Shown here piece after piece: positions 47,435 through 57,466 of a stretch of DNA of 64,000 nucleotides; the stretch's first letter is position 1; each line of letters begins with the position of its first letter. The notes below the pieces were generated by a model, which did no database searches, was not told where the DNA came from, and saw only the letters and a program-made list of their open reading frames with translations. The DNA comes from Myxococcota bacterium (lineage in GTDB: Bacteria; Myxococcota_A; UBA796; SXON01), in assembly GCA_040386535.1 (NCBI GenBank), contig JAZKFH010000015.1:1-64000 (forward strand), given 5' to 3'. A program made the translations under genes and the position numbers.

Positions 47435-49143
47435 GCGATGTCCTCGACCGTGATCCGCGCGTTCGTCCGCCCGTTCCACTCGTTGAGCCCGACCGTGCCG
47501 AGCACCGCGCGCGCCCCGACGAGGAGATCGCGCTGGTCCGCGCCGCCCCACCACACGGCGTCGGCGCCGTCGATCTGGAAGAAGATGTGGCGGTCCTTGA
47601 TGATGCGGATGCCCGTGATCGCGCCCTCGACCACGATGCGCGCGGCGCCGTTTCCTTTGCCGCACGGCTCGAGGTGCCCGAGCTCGGCGAGGAGCGCGAG
47701 GGTGACGCCGGAGCCAGGGGTGGTCGCGTCGACCGGCTCGACGGGCACGAGATCTTCGGCGCCCGCGTTCGTGTCGACGAAGACGGCGAGGCGCGCCGCG
47801 AGCTCGGGGAGCTTGTCGGTGGGGACGGTGAAGCCGGCGGCGGCGGCGTGCCCGCCGTAGCGCACGAGGAGGTCCTGGACGGCGTCGAGCGCGCGCACGG
47901 CGTGCACCGCCGCCACCGAACGCACGCTCCCCGTCGAGAGCGCGCCGAGCACGGCAACCACGGCGACGGGACGGTGCACCCGGTCGCGCACCTTCGCCGC
48001 CACGATGCCGACCACGCCGCGATGCCAGCCCTCCTCCTCCTCTCCCCACACCACCACGAAGCCCGGCACCGGATCCGGCACGAGGGTGAGCGCGGCGGTC
48101 ACGAGCTCCTCCTGGATGCCTTGGCGCTCGCGGTTGAGCCCGTCGAGCGCATGGGCCTGGGCCTTTGCGGCGGCGGGGTCGCGCTCGCGGAGCAGCCGCA
48201 CGACGGCGTTCGCGTCTTTCAGGCGCCCGGCGGCGTTGATGCGCGGGCCGATGCGGAACCCGAGCGCGCCCGCGTCGAGCTTGCCCGGGGCCGCGCCGGC
48301 CACCTCGAGGAGTGCGGCGAGGCCGGGGCCGTGGCGGTCCGTGTTGAGCGCCGCGAGGCCACGCGCGACGATGCCGCGGTTCTCGGGCGTCGAGAGGTCC
48401 ACCACGTCGGCGACCGTGCCGATGGCCGCGAGCTTGAAGAGCGAGCGCAAGACCTCGTCGCGGCGCGGATCCCGGGCGAGCAGCGCGGTCGCGAGCTTGA
48501 GTGACACGCCGCACGCAGCGAGGGCCTTGTTGGGGTAGGGGCACCCCTTCTGCGGCGGGCAGATGACCGCGTAGGCATCGGCGGGGACGGCCTCGCCGGC
48601 GGGGAGGTGGTGGTCGACCACGAGCACGTCGAGGCCGGCGGCGCGCGCCTGGGCCACGGTCACGTGGTCGCGCACGCCGATGTCGGCGGTGACGAGTAGG
48701 GTGACGCCGTCCGCGGCGGCGGTCTCGACGGCCAGCGCCGAGAGCCCGTAGCCCTCGCGGAAGCGGTCGGGCACGTGGTAGCTCACGACGGCGCCGCTGC
48801 CGGCGGCCTGGATGCGGCGATCGAGCGCGGCGTGGAGGATGAGGCACGAGGTGGTGCCGTCCACGTCGTAGTCCGTCACGAGGCGGATGTGCTCGGAAGC
48901 GGCGATGGCCCGTTCGATGCGCTCGACGGCGCGCGGCAGGCCGAGGAGCAGCTCCGGATCGTGGAGCGGCCCGTCGAGCGGGGAGAGGAACGCCGCGGCG
49001 GTGCCGACGTCGTGGCCGCGGGCGGCGAGCACCCGCGCGGTGAGGGGCAGGATGCCGAGGGAGGCGCGCAGCGCGTCGATCACGGGGGCGGCGGCCGGGG
49101 TGAGCTCCCAGCGGCGGCCCGTTCGGGAGGTCCACATCCGCAC
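47431..49143 (-). CDS. recJ: Single-stranded-DNA-specific exonuclease RecJ
   Basis: DYDVDG, PDRFREGYGL, DHH, GTVADV, GPRINAAGR, GSVRS, GGHAAAAG, EPCGKGN. Confidence 0.95.
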   Translation of the reverse strand: MRMWTSRTGRRWELTPAAAPVIDALRASLGILPLTARVLAARGHDVGTAAAFLSPLDGPLHDPELLLGLPRAVERIERAIAASEHIRLVTDYDVDGTTSCLILHAALDRRIQAAGSGAVVSYHVPDRFREGYGLSALAVETAAADGVTLLVTADIGVRDHVTVAQARAAGLDVLVVDHHLPAGEAVPADAYAVICPPQKGCPYPNKALAACGVSLKLATALLARDPRRDEVLRSLFKLAAIGTVADVVDLSTPENRGIVARGLAALNTDRHGPGLAALLEVAGAAPGKLDAGALGFRIGPRINAAGRLKDANAVVRLLRERDPAAAKAQAHALDGLNRERQGIQEELVTAALTLVPDPVPGFVVVWGEEEEGWHRGVVGIVAAKVRDRVHRPVAVVAVLGALSTGSVRSVAAVHAVRALDAVQDLLVRYGGHAAAAGFTVPTDKLPELAARLAVFVDTNAGAEDLVPVEPVDATTPGSGVTLALLAELGHLEPCGKGNGAARIVVEGAITGIRIIKDRHIFFQIDGADAVWWGGADQRDLLVGARAVLGTVGLNEWNGRTNARITVEDIA

Positions 49144-49185
49144 GCCTCTACCGCTCGGGCTCCGCGCCCGCCATGCCTCGGCTCG

Positions 49186-50553
49186 TCAGCTCCCGAACGC
49201 CAGCCAGCCGAGGCCCACGCCGAGCGCCATCCCGCCGACCGCCGCGAAGACCGCGGCGCTTCCGAACACGGCCCACTTCAGCGCACCGCGCGGCGGCGGG
49301 CCGGCGACCTCGGCGGTGGCGCCGTCGGTGGACGCGGTTGCCGTGGAGGGGAGGTCACCGCGCGCGTTCGTGGCGGCCGAGCCGCTCCCCATCCGCAGCG
49401 TCACCACGTGGGTGCGCCGCTCGCCGCGCCAGTCGGCCACGATCTCGATGCGCGCGAGGCCGTCGGGGTCCACGCCGCCGGACCGCACGTCCACCACGAC
49501 GGCGCCGGGCGCGACGATCGCGGCGTCGAAGGGGGCGCCCTCGGGGAGCGCCGGCGCGTGGCCGTTCACGGGGGTCACCTCGCCGACGAGGTGCGCGGGA
49601 GGCGGGTAGGCGGGCACGCGCTCGCCCATGAGCGCCGCGAGGCCGGCGGCGCCCGGGCCGTGCAACACGGGCCCCTGGGAGAGCCGGGGCATCGGATCCC
49701 GCGGCACGGGCAGCTCGTCGAACGGGCCGTCCATCGCGTCGATGGGCTCGGGCGGCGTCACGTCCTCGCTGCGGACCACGAGCTCGGAGAGCACGGCGTC
49801 GACCTGGCCCGCGTCGAGCTTGCCCGCGGCGCGCAGGCGGGCAACGGCCTCGTCCTCGCCGGGGCGCACGGCACGAATCGCGTCCATGTGGTCGCGCACG
49901 ACCTGCCGCTCGTCCTCCGGCGCGGCGCGCTCGACGGCGGTGAGCGGCATGGCGTTGCTCTGGCCGGAGAGGTTCTCGCGGATGCGCTGGCCGGCGATGT
50001 CGGTGATGCGGCGCAACGTGTCGAGCACGCCACGGCCCTCGGAGGCCACGGCCTCGATCACGGGCACGCCGAAGGGGTTGAGCTCGGCGGTCATCCCCTC
50101 GACGGACATCGCGCCTTCGACGTCCCGTTTGTTGAGCTGGACCACCAGCGGGATGCTGGAGAGATCGAGCCCTTGCGCACGCAAGTTGTCCTCGAGGTCG
50201 ACCAGCGCCTCGAGGTTGGCCGCGGCGCGCGCCGGGGTCGAGTCCGCCACGAACACCACGGCGTCCGCGCCCTGGAGCACCACGCGGCGCGTCTCTTTGT
50301 AGTAGACCTGCCCCGGTACGGTGAAGAGCTTGAAACGAGCGGTGAATCCGGCGATCTCCCCGAAGCGCATCGGCGCGTAGTCGAAGAAGAGCGTGCGGTC
50401 CTGCTCGGTGCGCAACGAATGCAGCTCGCCGCGCTGGCCGGCGGGCATGAGGCGGTGGAGGACCTCGACGTTCGTCGTCTTGCCGGAGAGTGCCGGTCCG
50501 TAGAAGACGATCTTCACTTCGATTTCGCGTCGGGCGAAGTTGATCAGGGCCAT
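49186..50553 (-). CDS. MglA-family small GTPase with long C-terminal extension and terminal TM helix
   Basis: KIVFYGPALSGKTTN, RTLFFD, TVPGQ, FVADS, NKRD, G.GV; C-terminal hydrophobic WAVFGSAAVFAAVGGMALGVGLGWLAF. Confidence 0.9.
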   Translation of the reverse strand: MALINFARREIEVKIVFYGPALSGKTTNVEVLHRLMPAGQRGELHSLRTEQDRTLFFDYAPMRFGEIAGFTARFKLFTVPGQVYYKETRRVVLQGADAVVFVADSTPARAAANLEALVDLEDNLRAQGLDLSSIPLVVQLNKRDVEGAMSVEGMTAELNPFGVPVIEAVASEGRGVLDTLRRITDIAGQRIRENLSGQSNAMPLTAVERAAPEDERQVVRDHMDAIRAVRPGEDEAVARLRAAGKLDAGQVDAVLSELVVRSEDVTPPEPIDAMDGPFDELPVPRDPMPRLSQGPVLHGPGAAGLAALMGERVPAYPPPAHLVGEVTPVNGHAPALPEGAPFDAAIVAPGAVVVDVRSGGVDPDGLARIEIVADWRGERRTHVVTLRMGSGSAATNARGDLPSTATASTDGATAEVAGPPPRGALKWAVFGSAAVFAAVGGMALGVGLGWLAFGS

Positions 50554-50696
50554 CGACCAGGGCTCCCGGGGCCAGGGGACGCGAATCATACAGGATCCGG
50601 GCCGGGCGCGTGGCCGAGAGGGCCGCGCCGCCCCTCCTCGAACCGTGCGGAGCGTTAAGGCCGTTGCCCCCGTTCGCCCCCCTGTCGAGGCTCGCC

Positions 50697-51497
50697 ATGC
50701 ACCCGCTCATCCCCGCGTTCGAGCCCTTCGCCTTCGATGTCGGCCCCGTCGCCATCCACGGCTTCGGCATCCTCGTCGCCATCGGCTTTCTCATCGGCGG
50801 CAACGTCGCCCAGAAAAAGTCCGCGGAGTTCACCGGGGATCCGAAGGCGTCCGACCGGATCAACCGCCTCGTGGGCTGGCTCATCTTCGGCACCTTCGTC
50901 GGCGGTCACCTCGGCGACGTGTTGCTGTACCACCCGCAGGATCTGCTCACGGATCCGATGCTGATCTTCCGCGTGTGGGAGGGGCTCTCGAGCTTCGGCG
51001 GCTTCGCGATGTGTGTGCCGTTGTGCATCTGGTTCTTCTACCGGGAGAAGGTCAACCCCTGGCCCTACCTGGACGGGCTGGCGTTCGGCTTCGCCATCGG
51101 CTGGTTCTTCGGCCGCATGGGCTGCTTCTCCGCCCACGACCACCCCGGCGCGCAGACCAACTTCTGGCTCGGGGTGTACGGCATGTGCCCGGGCGGCAAC
51201 CCCACCATCGCCTGTCACGACCTCGGCCTGTACGAGGCCCTGTGGTCCGGCGCAGTCTTCCTGCTCTTCACCCTGCTCGACCGCAAGCCCCGCTTCCACG
51301 GCTTCTACGTCGCCTGGATCGCCGTCTTGTACGGTCCCTTCCGCTTCTTCCTCGACTTCGGCCGCTCCTCCCCCGTTGACGAGGGCGGCCGCCTCGCCGG
51401 CCTCACGCCCGCCCAGTACGGCAGCGTCATCGTGACGCTGCTCGGGTTCTGGATGTTGAGCGTGCGGTCAAAGTCGGCGATGCGGAAGGCGGCATAG
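50697..51497 (+). CDS. lgt: Prolipoprotein diacylglyceryl transferase
   Basis: HGFG, RVWEGLSSFGG, GRMGCF, H..GLYE, YGPFRFFLDF, LTPAQ. Confidence 0.85.
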   Translation: MHPLIPAFEPFAFDVGPVAIHGFGILVAIGFLIGGNVAQKKSAEFTGDPKASDRINRLVGWLIFGTFVGGHLGDVLLYHPQDLLTDPMLIFRVWEGLSSFGGFAMCVPLCIWFFYREKVNPWPYLDGLAFGFAIGWFFGRMGCFSAHDHPGAQTNFWLGVYGMCPGGNPTIACHDLGLYEALWSGAVFLLFTLLDRKPRFHGFYVAWIAVLYGPFRFFLDFGRSSPVDEGGRLAGLTPAQYGSVIVTLLGFWMLSVRSKSAMRKAA

Positions 51498-51512
51498 GCG
51501 CCGCCCGCGGGC

Positions 51513-53051
51513 CTAGTGGTCGATGCCGCTGTTGAGCTCGAAGCCCGTGATGGTGTCCAGCGAGGCGGAAGCCGGCTCGTAGAAGCTGATCCGCCCGAGA
51601 TCGTGCTCCTGGCTCACCCACGCCGTGTTGCCGCCGGGGAGCACGCCGAGGTGCACCGGCGCGCTCGGGAGCTTGATCTCGTCGTACAGCAGCGACTCGA
51701 AGTTCAGCACCTCGAGGTAGTCGAGCCCGTCGAGCACGAAGAAGCCCCACCGCCCGTCGTCGGAGGTGGCGAAGTTGGTCGGCTCCGCGTCGAGCACCAG
51801 CGGGTTCGTGCGGAAGTCGTCCAGATCGATGAGGGTCAGCGCCCATTCACCGTAGAAGGGGCTCGTGCCGTCGGCGCCTTCGGCGTCGGCCTCGGTGTGG
51901 AACACCAGCAAGGAGCCGCCGGTCGGGCTCACGCCCATCGACGCCACGGGCTTCACCAGGCTGCGCTCCGTGATCGTGCCCGTCTCCACGTCCCACACGC
52001 CATACGTCGTGAGGAGAGAGGCGTTCGTGTAGAGGATCGCGGTGTCGTCGTCGGCGAAGAGCACCGAGCCGTACGCGCTCGCCATCGGCGCGATCACCGG
52101 CGGGCTCCAGGGGTCGCGCGCGTCGAAGGTCCAGACCTCGCGGGCGCCGCGGGCCACCACGGAGATGCGCTCGCCGTCGGGAGACAGGTCCATGTCGGTC
52201 GGGTTCTCGCCGATGGGCACGCGATCGACGGCCCCGGCCACCAGATCCACCACCACGAGATCGGTGGCGCCGAACTGCCGCACGAACGCGAACGCGCCGT
52301 CGGGGGAGAGCTCCACCTCCTCCGCGACCGGCGCGTCCATGGGGTCCTCCTCGATGGGGACGAACCGGGGGGCGAGCGTCCCCGCGGTGAGGTCGACCAG
52401 CGCGAGCGACGCGTCGCTCACGACGACCGCGAGCGTGCCGTCGACGCTCCACTTCACGCCGTGGGGGTTGAAGCCCACCGCCATGGGCGTGTGGATGCCC
52501 GTCGCGAGGTTCACGAGGCTCACCTCGTTGAAGGAGAGCACGCCGTCGGCGGGGTCCTCGCTCTCGGCGTCGGGGTCGTACCAGGCCATCGCCCACTTGC
52601 CGTCATCCGAGAGGGCGAGGCGGTTGAGGTTCGGGCGCACGTCCACGTTGGCGACGGCCATGGTCGGCGCGTCCACGATGCTGATGTCGTCGCTGCCCTC
52701 GTTGAGCGTGACCGCGTAGGAGTAGTCCGCGGCGGTCGCGACGACAGCGGGCAGGGCGCCGACCTCGGCGGTAAGGGCCGCGAGCGAGGGCACGGACACG
52801 CGGGTGACCGTGCCGCGCGTCGGGTTGGCGATGAACACGTAGGCGTCGGTCGCAGCGGGCGCGAGGCGCAGGAAGTCGTCTTCCTCCTCGGCGGGCGGCT
52901 CGCTGTCGCCGTCGTCCGCCGTGTCCGAGGGGGGCGCCTCGCCCGCCCAGCCGGTGTCGTCGCTGGCCCCATCCGTCCTGGGGTTGAGGCTCATGTCGTT
53001 GTCGCAGGCGCCGAGCAGGGCGAGCGCGACGATTCCCAGGGAGGCGCGCAT
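51513..53051 (-). CDS. Beta-propeller (YncE/YVTN-like) lipoprotein, paralog of 55256..56803
   Basis: LLGAC lipobox; FIANP...V.R, SPDG blades; C-terminus SQEHDLGRISFY...TITGFELN. Confidence 0.85.
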   Translation of the reverse strand: MRASLGIVALALLGACDNDMSLNPRTDGASDDTGWAGEAPPSDTADDGDSEPPAEEEDDFLRLAPAATDAYVFIANPTRGTVTRVSVPSLAALTAEVGALPAVVATAADYSYAVTLNEGSDDISIVDAPTMAVANVDVRPNLNRLALSDDGKWAMAWYDPDAESEDPADGVLSFNEVSLVNLATGIHTPMAVGFNPHGVKWSVDGTLAVVVSDASLALVDLTAGTLAPRFVPIEEDPMDAPVAEEVELSPDGAFAFVRQFGATDLVVVDLVAGAVDRVPIGENPTDMDLSPDGERISVVARGAREVWTFDARDPWSPPVIAPMASAYGSVLFADDDTAILYTNASLLTTYGVWDVETGTITERSLVKPVASMGVSPTGGSLLVFHTEADAEGADGTSPFYGEWALTLIDLDDFRTNPLVLDAEPTNFATSDDGRWGFFVLDGLDYLEVLNFESLLYDEIKLPSAPVHLGVLPGGNTAWVSQEHDLGRISFYEPASASLDTITGFELNSGIDH

Positions 53052-53680
53052 CAGAACCGCACGCCGACGCCCGCGCGCCCGGAGAAGCCTGAGAACTGCA
53101 CCGTGCCGAGATCCTGGAAGGCCATCGGCGCGAGCCAGCCGTACCCGACCTCGACGTAGGGCGCGATGGACACGTTGTCGCGGACCGGGATGAGGAAGTC
53201 CAGGCCGCCGCCGGCCAGGAACCCGCCGGTGAGGCCGGCGCGCTGGATCTGGGTGAGGTTCTCGTCGTCATTGCGGTCGTCGTCGAGGCGGGCGAGCCCG
53301 CGCATGCCGACCACCTGGGCGGTCACGTAGGGGTGCAACCACTTGAAGACCTTCACGTCCGCCTTCGAGCCCACGGTGATCTGGTCCGTGTACATCGCGG
53401 TCTGGAAGGAGTCCTGCTGGCTGTTGTAGTCATCCCCGTCCGATTCCGAGTACACGTCGGCGCCGTGGGTTGCGTGTTGCCACCCCGCGATGACGGCCAC
53501 GTTCGGATGGACGGCGAAGCCGGCCCGCAACCCGAACGAGTTCAGGGAGTCCGCCGCGGAGAAGGTGTCCCACGCCGGATCGTTGGCGCCGAGCCAGCCC
53601 AGCTCGAAGCTGACCTCGTGCGTGGCGGCGGCGGCGGGCGACACGGCCGCGCAGAGGAGGGAGAGAAGGGTCGAGAGCAT
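53051..53680 (-). CDS. Small outer-membrane beta-barrel protein
   Basis: GGAGGAG RBS; Sec signal; amphipathic strands (FGLRAGF, PYVT, PYVEVGYGW); C-terminal beta-signal GVGVRF. Confidence 0.75.
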   Translation of the reverse strand: MLSTLLSLLCAAVSPAAAATHEVSFELGWLGANDPAWDTFSAADSLNSFGLRAGFAVHPNVAVIAGWQHATHGADVYSESDGDDYNSQQDSFQTAMYTDQITVGSKADVKVFKWLHPYVTAQVVGMRGLARLDDDRNDDENLTQIQRAGLTGGFLAGGGLDFLIPVRDNVSIAPYVEVGYGWLAPMAFQDLGTVQFSGFSGRAGVGVRF

Positions 53681-53682
53681 GA

Positions 53683-55263
53683 TCACTCCTCCACGCCGCG
53701 GCGGGGCAGCCGGGGGCGATCGAGCAGGCCCGTCGACGCGAAGCCGGCGGCGGTGGTGAGGGTCTCGGTGGCGGCGTCCACGAAGGTGACGAGGCCGAGG
53801 GCGTTGGGGTGGGTCACCACGAACAGGCCGCCGGGCATCGCGTCGATGCCGACGGGGGGCTCCTCGAGCACGATCTCGCTCGCCGTGGCGGCGGCCACGT
53901 CGATCTTCTGGAGGCCGTCCACGCCCTCCATCAGCACCAGGGCGTAGTTGGCGGCGTCGTCCGTCGTGAGCGCGAAGCCGACCGGCTCGCCTTCGAGCAG
54001 CAGGGCGACCGGATCGCGGGGCTCCGCGCCGAGATCGAACAGGCCCAGCCCGTAGTACTGGTCGTAGAAGCCCGACACGTCGTTTCCGGTCGAGCGTTCG
54101 GTGTTCATCGTCGCGACGCCCCAGGCGGCATCTGCGGTCAGGCGCAGCTCCATGACCGGGTTCTCGGCGCGCTCCTCGTGCAGCGTGCCCGCGATCGTGT
54201 CGAAGAGGTACACGTCGTGCGTGTTGCCGCGGTCGTTGTAGAGGACCACCTGGCCGTCGCCGCCCGACAGACGCGTGCACGGCTCGTCGAGTGGGTAGCT
54301 CGCGAGCTCGAACAGCTCGTGCTCGAGCACATCGAGCGTGGAGCGGTTGGCGTACACGATCAGGGTGTGGTTGGTCGCCTCGTCGACGAGCAGGTCGGCC
54401 GGAACGCCGTCGAGCTCGACGATGTCGATGCTCTCGTTCGTCAGGTCGAGCACGTACAGCTCGCTCTGGCCGGACACGCTCACCAGGGCGTAGTCGGTGT
54501 CCCCGCCGTCGTCGGAGATGAGGACCGCGTTGTCGGGGTCGACCTCCTGGTCGACGTCGAGCGTGAGCGGGTAGACGACGGTGCGGGTCCACGCGTCCTC
54601 GCCCACGAGCGAGACGACGGCGACCTTGCTGCGCGAGAGGACCAGGGCGTTCTCCCCGTCGGCGCTGAACAGCACGTTCTCGGGGGCGAACCCGACCGGC
54701 ACGGCGTGGGTCTCGCCCGACGCGATGTCGACGAACACGGCCTCGGTGAGGTTGAGCACGCCGGACACGTCGATGGAGGCGCCCGCCGAGAAGTCCAGGT
54801 AGGCGACGGCCAGCGTGCCGGCGTCGTTGAAGGCGAAGGCGTTGTACTGGGAGGGCACGTCGAGCGCGTGCTCGACCGCGCCGTCACGAATGAGCACCAG
54901 CTCGGAGGCCGTGTCGAGGTCCTCGTTGCGACACTCGTCGACGTAGACGATGCCGGGATCGTCGTCCGAACACACCGGCCACGACACGAACGCGAGGATC
55001 GTCTCGTCGTCGGGGGCGAGCACCATGCGGTCCGCGGAGGCGCCCGCGAGATCCACGGCCGCGAAGCTCCCGTCGGGCTTCACACGGACCAGGTCGCCGG
55101 CGGCGGGGAGGCGCACGTACACGCCGTCGGCGGCGGGCACCACCGCGGGGTCCCAGGTCGAGGCGTCGAGGTAGCCGGTGCTGTTGCCGGGCAAATCCCA
55201 CGGTTCGCAGCCGGAAAGCAGCGCCAGGAGCGGCACGCCGAGGAGGAGGAGGGACCTAGTCAT
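53683..55263 (-). CDS. Beta-propeller lipoprotein, distant relative of the flanking paralogs
   Basis: LLSGC lipobox; shared LTEAVFVD...VGFAP segment and H..LG.VTF.D...T..GF tail. Confidence 0.8.
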   Translation of the reverse strand: MTRSLLLLGVPLLALLSGCEPWDLPGNSTGYLDASTWDPAVVPAADGVYVRLPAAGDLVRVKPDGSFAAVDLAGASADRMVLAPDDETILAFVSWPVCSDDDPGIVYVDECRNEDLDTASELVLIRDGAVEHALDVPSQYNAFAFNDAGTLAVAYLDFSAGASIDVSGVLNLTEAVFVDIASGETHAVPVGFAPENVLFSADGENALVLSRSKVAVVSLVGEDAWTRTVVYPLTLDVDQEVDPDNAVLISDDGGDTDYALVSVSGQSELYVLDLTNESIDIVELDGVPADLLVDEATNHTLIVYANRSTLDVLEHELFELASYPLDEPCTRLSGGDGQVVLYNDRGNTHDVYLFDTIAGTLHEERAENPVMELRLTADAAWGVATMNTERSTGNDVSGFYDQYYGLGLFDLGAEPRDPVALLLEGEPVGFALTTDDAANYALVLMEGVDGLQKIDVAAATASEIVLEEPPVGIDAMPGGLFVVTHPNALGLVTFVDAATETLTTAAGFASTGLLDRPRLPRRGVEE

Positions 55264-56803
55264 GTTCGATCTCACTGTTCAGCTCGAAACCGGTGATGGT
55301 GTCGAGCGTGTCGGCATCGGGGTCGTAGAAGGAGAGGCGGCCGAGATCGTGGTCCTGGCTGACCCAGGCGGTCTCGCTGCCGGGGAGCACGCCGAGGTGC
55401 ACCGGCGGGCTCTTCAGCGTCACCTCCTCGTAGAGGAGGGTCTCAAAGTCGAGCACTTCCAGCCACTTGTTTCCCTCCATCACGAAGTAGCCGTACCGGC
55501 CGTCGTCGCTGGTGGTGTAGGAGGTGGGCTCGGCGGGGAGCAACATGGGGTTCTGGCGGAAGTCGCCCAGATCGATGAGGGTCAACGCCCACTCGCCGGC
55601 GAAGGGGCTGTCGGGATCGGCGTCGGTGGCGTCTTCGCGGGTGTGGAACGCGAGCAGCGACCCGCCGGTCGGGCTCACGCCGAAGCTCTGCACGGGCTTG
55701 ACCAGGCTGCGCTCCGTGATGGTGCCGGTGGTGGTGTCCCACACGGCGAACGACGCGAGCAGCGAGGCGTTCGTGTAGAGGATCGCCTGCGTGCCGTCAC
55801 CTGTGTAGAGCAACGACCCGTAGGGGGACTCGAACGGCACCACCGTCGCGTCGGCGAAGGGGTTGGTCGCTTCGAGGACCCAGAGCTCCTGCGCCCCGCG
55901 GGACACCACGGTGAGCTGATTGCCGTCGGGCGACAGGTCGAGATCCGTCGGGTTGTCGCCCACGGTGACGCGGTCGACGGCGAGCGTGACGAGGTCGACC
56001 ACGACCAGATCGTTGGACCCGAACTGGCGCACGTAGGCGTAGGTGCCGTCGGGCGAGAGCTCGACCTCCTCGGCCTCGGGGGCGTCCACCGGGTCGTCCG
56101 CGATCTCGATGAGCGTCGGCGCGAGGGTGGCGGCGGTCAGGTCGATGAGCGCGAGCGAGGCGTCGCTCACGACGAGCGCGAGGGTGCCGTCCTCGCTCCA
56201 CCGCACGCCGCGTGGGTTGAATCCCACAGCGAGGGGGGTGTGTGCGCCCACGTCGAGCCGCACGAAGCTCACCTCGTTGAAGCTCTGCACGCCGCCGTCG
56301 CCCCCGCCCTCGTCGAGATCGGGGTCGTACCAGGCCATGACCCAGGCGGCGTCGCCCGAGAGCGCGAGGCGGTTGAAGTTGGGCCGGATGTCGACGTTCA
56401 CCACGTCGAGCGTGGCGGCCTCGATGATGCTGACGGAGTCGTCGCCCTCGTTCAACGTCACGGCGCGTGAGTAGTCCGCGGTGGTCTGGATGACGGACGG
56501 GCCCTCGCCCACGGCGGTGGTGAGCACCTCGAGGCTCGGCACCGAGATGCGCGTGACCGTGTCGCGCGTCGGGTTGGCGACGAACACGTAGGCGTCGGTC
56601 GCGGAGGGCGCGAGGGAGAGGAAGTCGTCCTCCTCTTCGGGCGGGCCGTCGTCGTCGTCATCCGTGTCGCCATCGACGTCCGCGTCGGCGGAGGAGCCGC
56701 CGGTGTCGTCTCGGGCGCCGTCGTCTTCCTCGGCGGAGATGCCGAGGTCGTAGGAGGAGCAGCTCGCGAGGAGCAGCACGAGGGGGAAGGGGAATCGGAG
56801 CAT
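55256..56803 (-). CDS. Beta-propeller (YncE/YVTN-like) lipoprotein
   Basis: GGAGAG RBS; LASC lipobox; acidic linker; C-terminus SQDHDLGRLSFY...TITGFELN. Confidence 0.85.
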   Translation of the reverse strand: MLRFPFPLVLLLASCSSYDLGISAEEDDGARDDTGGSSADADVDGDTDDDDDGPPEEEDDFLSLAPSATDAYVFVANPTRDTVTRISVPSLEVLTTAVGEGPSVIQTTADYSRAVTLNEGDDSVSIIEAATLDVVNVDIRPNFNRLALSGDAAWVMAWYDPDLDEGGGDGGVQSFNEVSFVRLDVGAHTPLAVGFNPRGVRWSEDGTLALVVSDASLALIDLTAATLAPTLIEIADDPVDAPEAEEVELSPDGTYAYVRQFGSNDLVVVDLVTLAVDRVTVGDNPTDLDLSPDGNQLTVVSRGAQELWVLEATNPFADATVVPFESPYGSLLYTGDGTQAILYTNASLLASFAVWDTTTGTITERSLVKPVQSFGVSPTGGSLLAFHTREDATDADPDSPFAGEWALTLIDLGDFRQNPMLLPAEPTSYTTSDDGRYGYFVMEGNKWLEVLDFETLLYEEVTLKSPPVHLGVLPGSETAWVSQDHDLGRLSFYDPDADTLDTITGFELNSEIEHD

Positions 56804-56826
56804 GCGGCTCTCCATGCGATGCGAGA

Positions 56827-56842
56827 AGCACGAACCATGCCA
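56827..56842 (-). promoter_or_regulatory. sigma54 promoter of the propeller/OMP operon
   Basis: Reverse strand TGGCATGGTTCGTGCT, GG-N10-GC. Confidence 0.65.
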
Positions 56843-56939
56843 TTTTGCGACGCGGTTGGGAGCGTGCGCTGCAAAGCACGCTTCTCCGTGGTCGGGGCCG
56901 CTGCCGCCGGCGTGCACGCGCGCGCTCGCGACCTGGATG

Positions 56940-57461
56940 TCAGGAACGCGAAGGGACCCCGGCGCGTTCGACCATCAGGAGCGCGACGATCGACTTGGCG
57001 TCCGTCATCTCGCCGCGTGCGATCAGGGCGACCGCCTCCGCGAGGGGCATGCGGACGGGCGCGATGACCTCGTCCTCATCGAGCTGGGTCGGCACGTCGG
57101 TCAGCCCCGTCGCGACGTAGAGGTGGATGACCTCGTCCGTGAACGCCGGCGTGGTGTGGATCGTGGTCAGGTGCACGAGGGTGCCGACCAGGCCGACCTC
57201 CTCCGCGAGCTCGCGGGCCGCGCACACCGCCGGGGACTCGCCCGGGTCGAGCTTGCCGGCGGGGATCTCCCAGATGGTGCCGCCCGCGGCGTGGCGGTGC
57301 TGCCGGATGAGCGTGACCGTGCCGTCGGCGTGGAGGGGCACGACGGCGGCGGCGCCGGGGTGGCGGAGCACCGCGAGGTCGACCACGCGGCCGGTCGGGA
57401 GGGCCACGGTCTCGACGCCGTAGTCCCCGATGGCGCTGGTGTGGATCGAGCGGCGCTGCAC
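56940..57461 (-). CDS. NUDIX hydrolase (ADP-ribose pyrophosphatase-like)
   Basis: HPGAAAVVP, LIRQHR, WEIPAGKLD.GE....AARELAEEVG, DAKS. Confidence 0.93.
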   Translation of the reverse strand: MQRRSIHTSAIGDYGVETVALPTGRVVDLAVLRHPGAAAVVPLHADGTVTLIRQHRHAAGGTIWEIPAGKLDPGESPAVCAARELAEEVGLVGTLVHLTTIHTTPAFTDEVIHLYVATGLTDVPTQLDEDEVIAPVRMPLAEAVALIARGEMTDAKSIVALLMVERAGVPSRS

Positions 57462-57466
57462 CGGGC

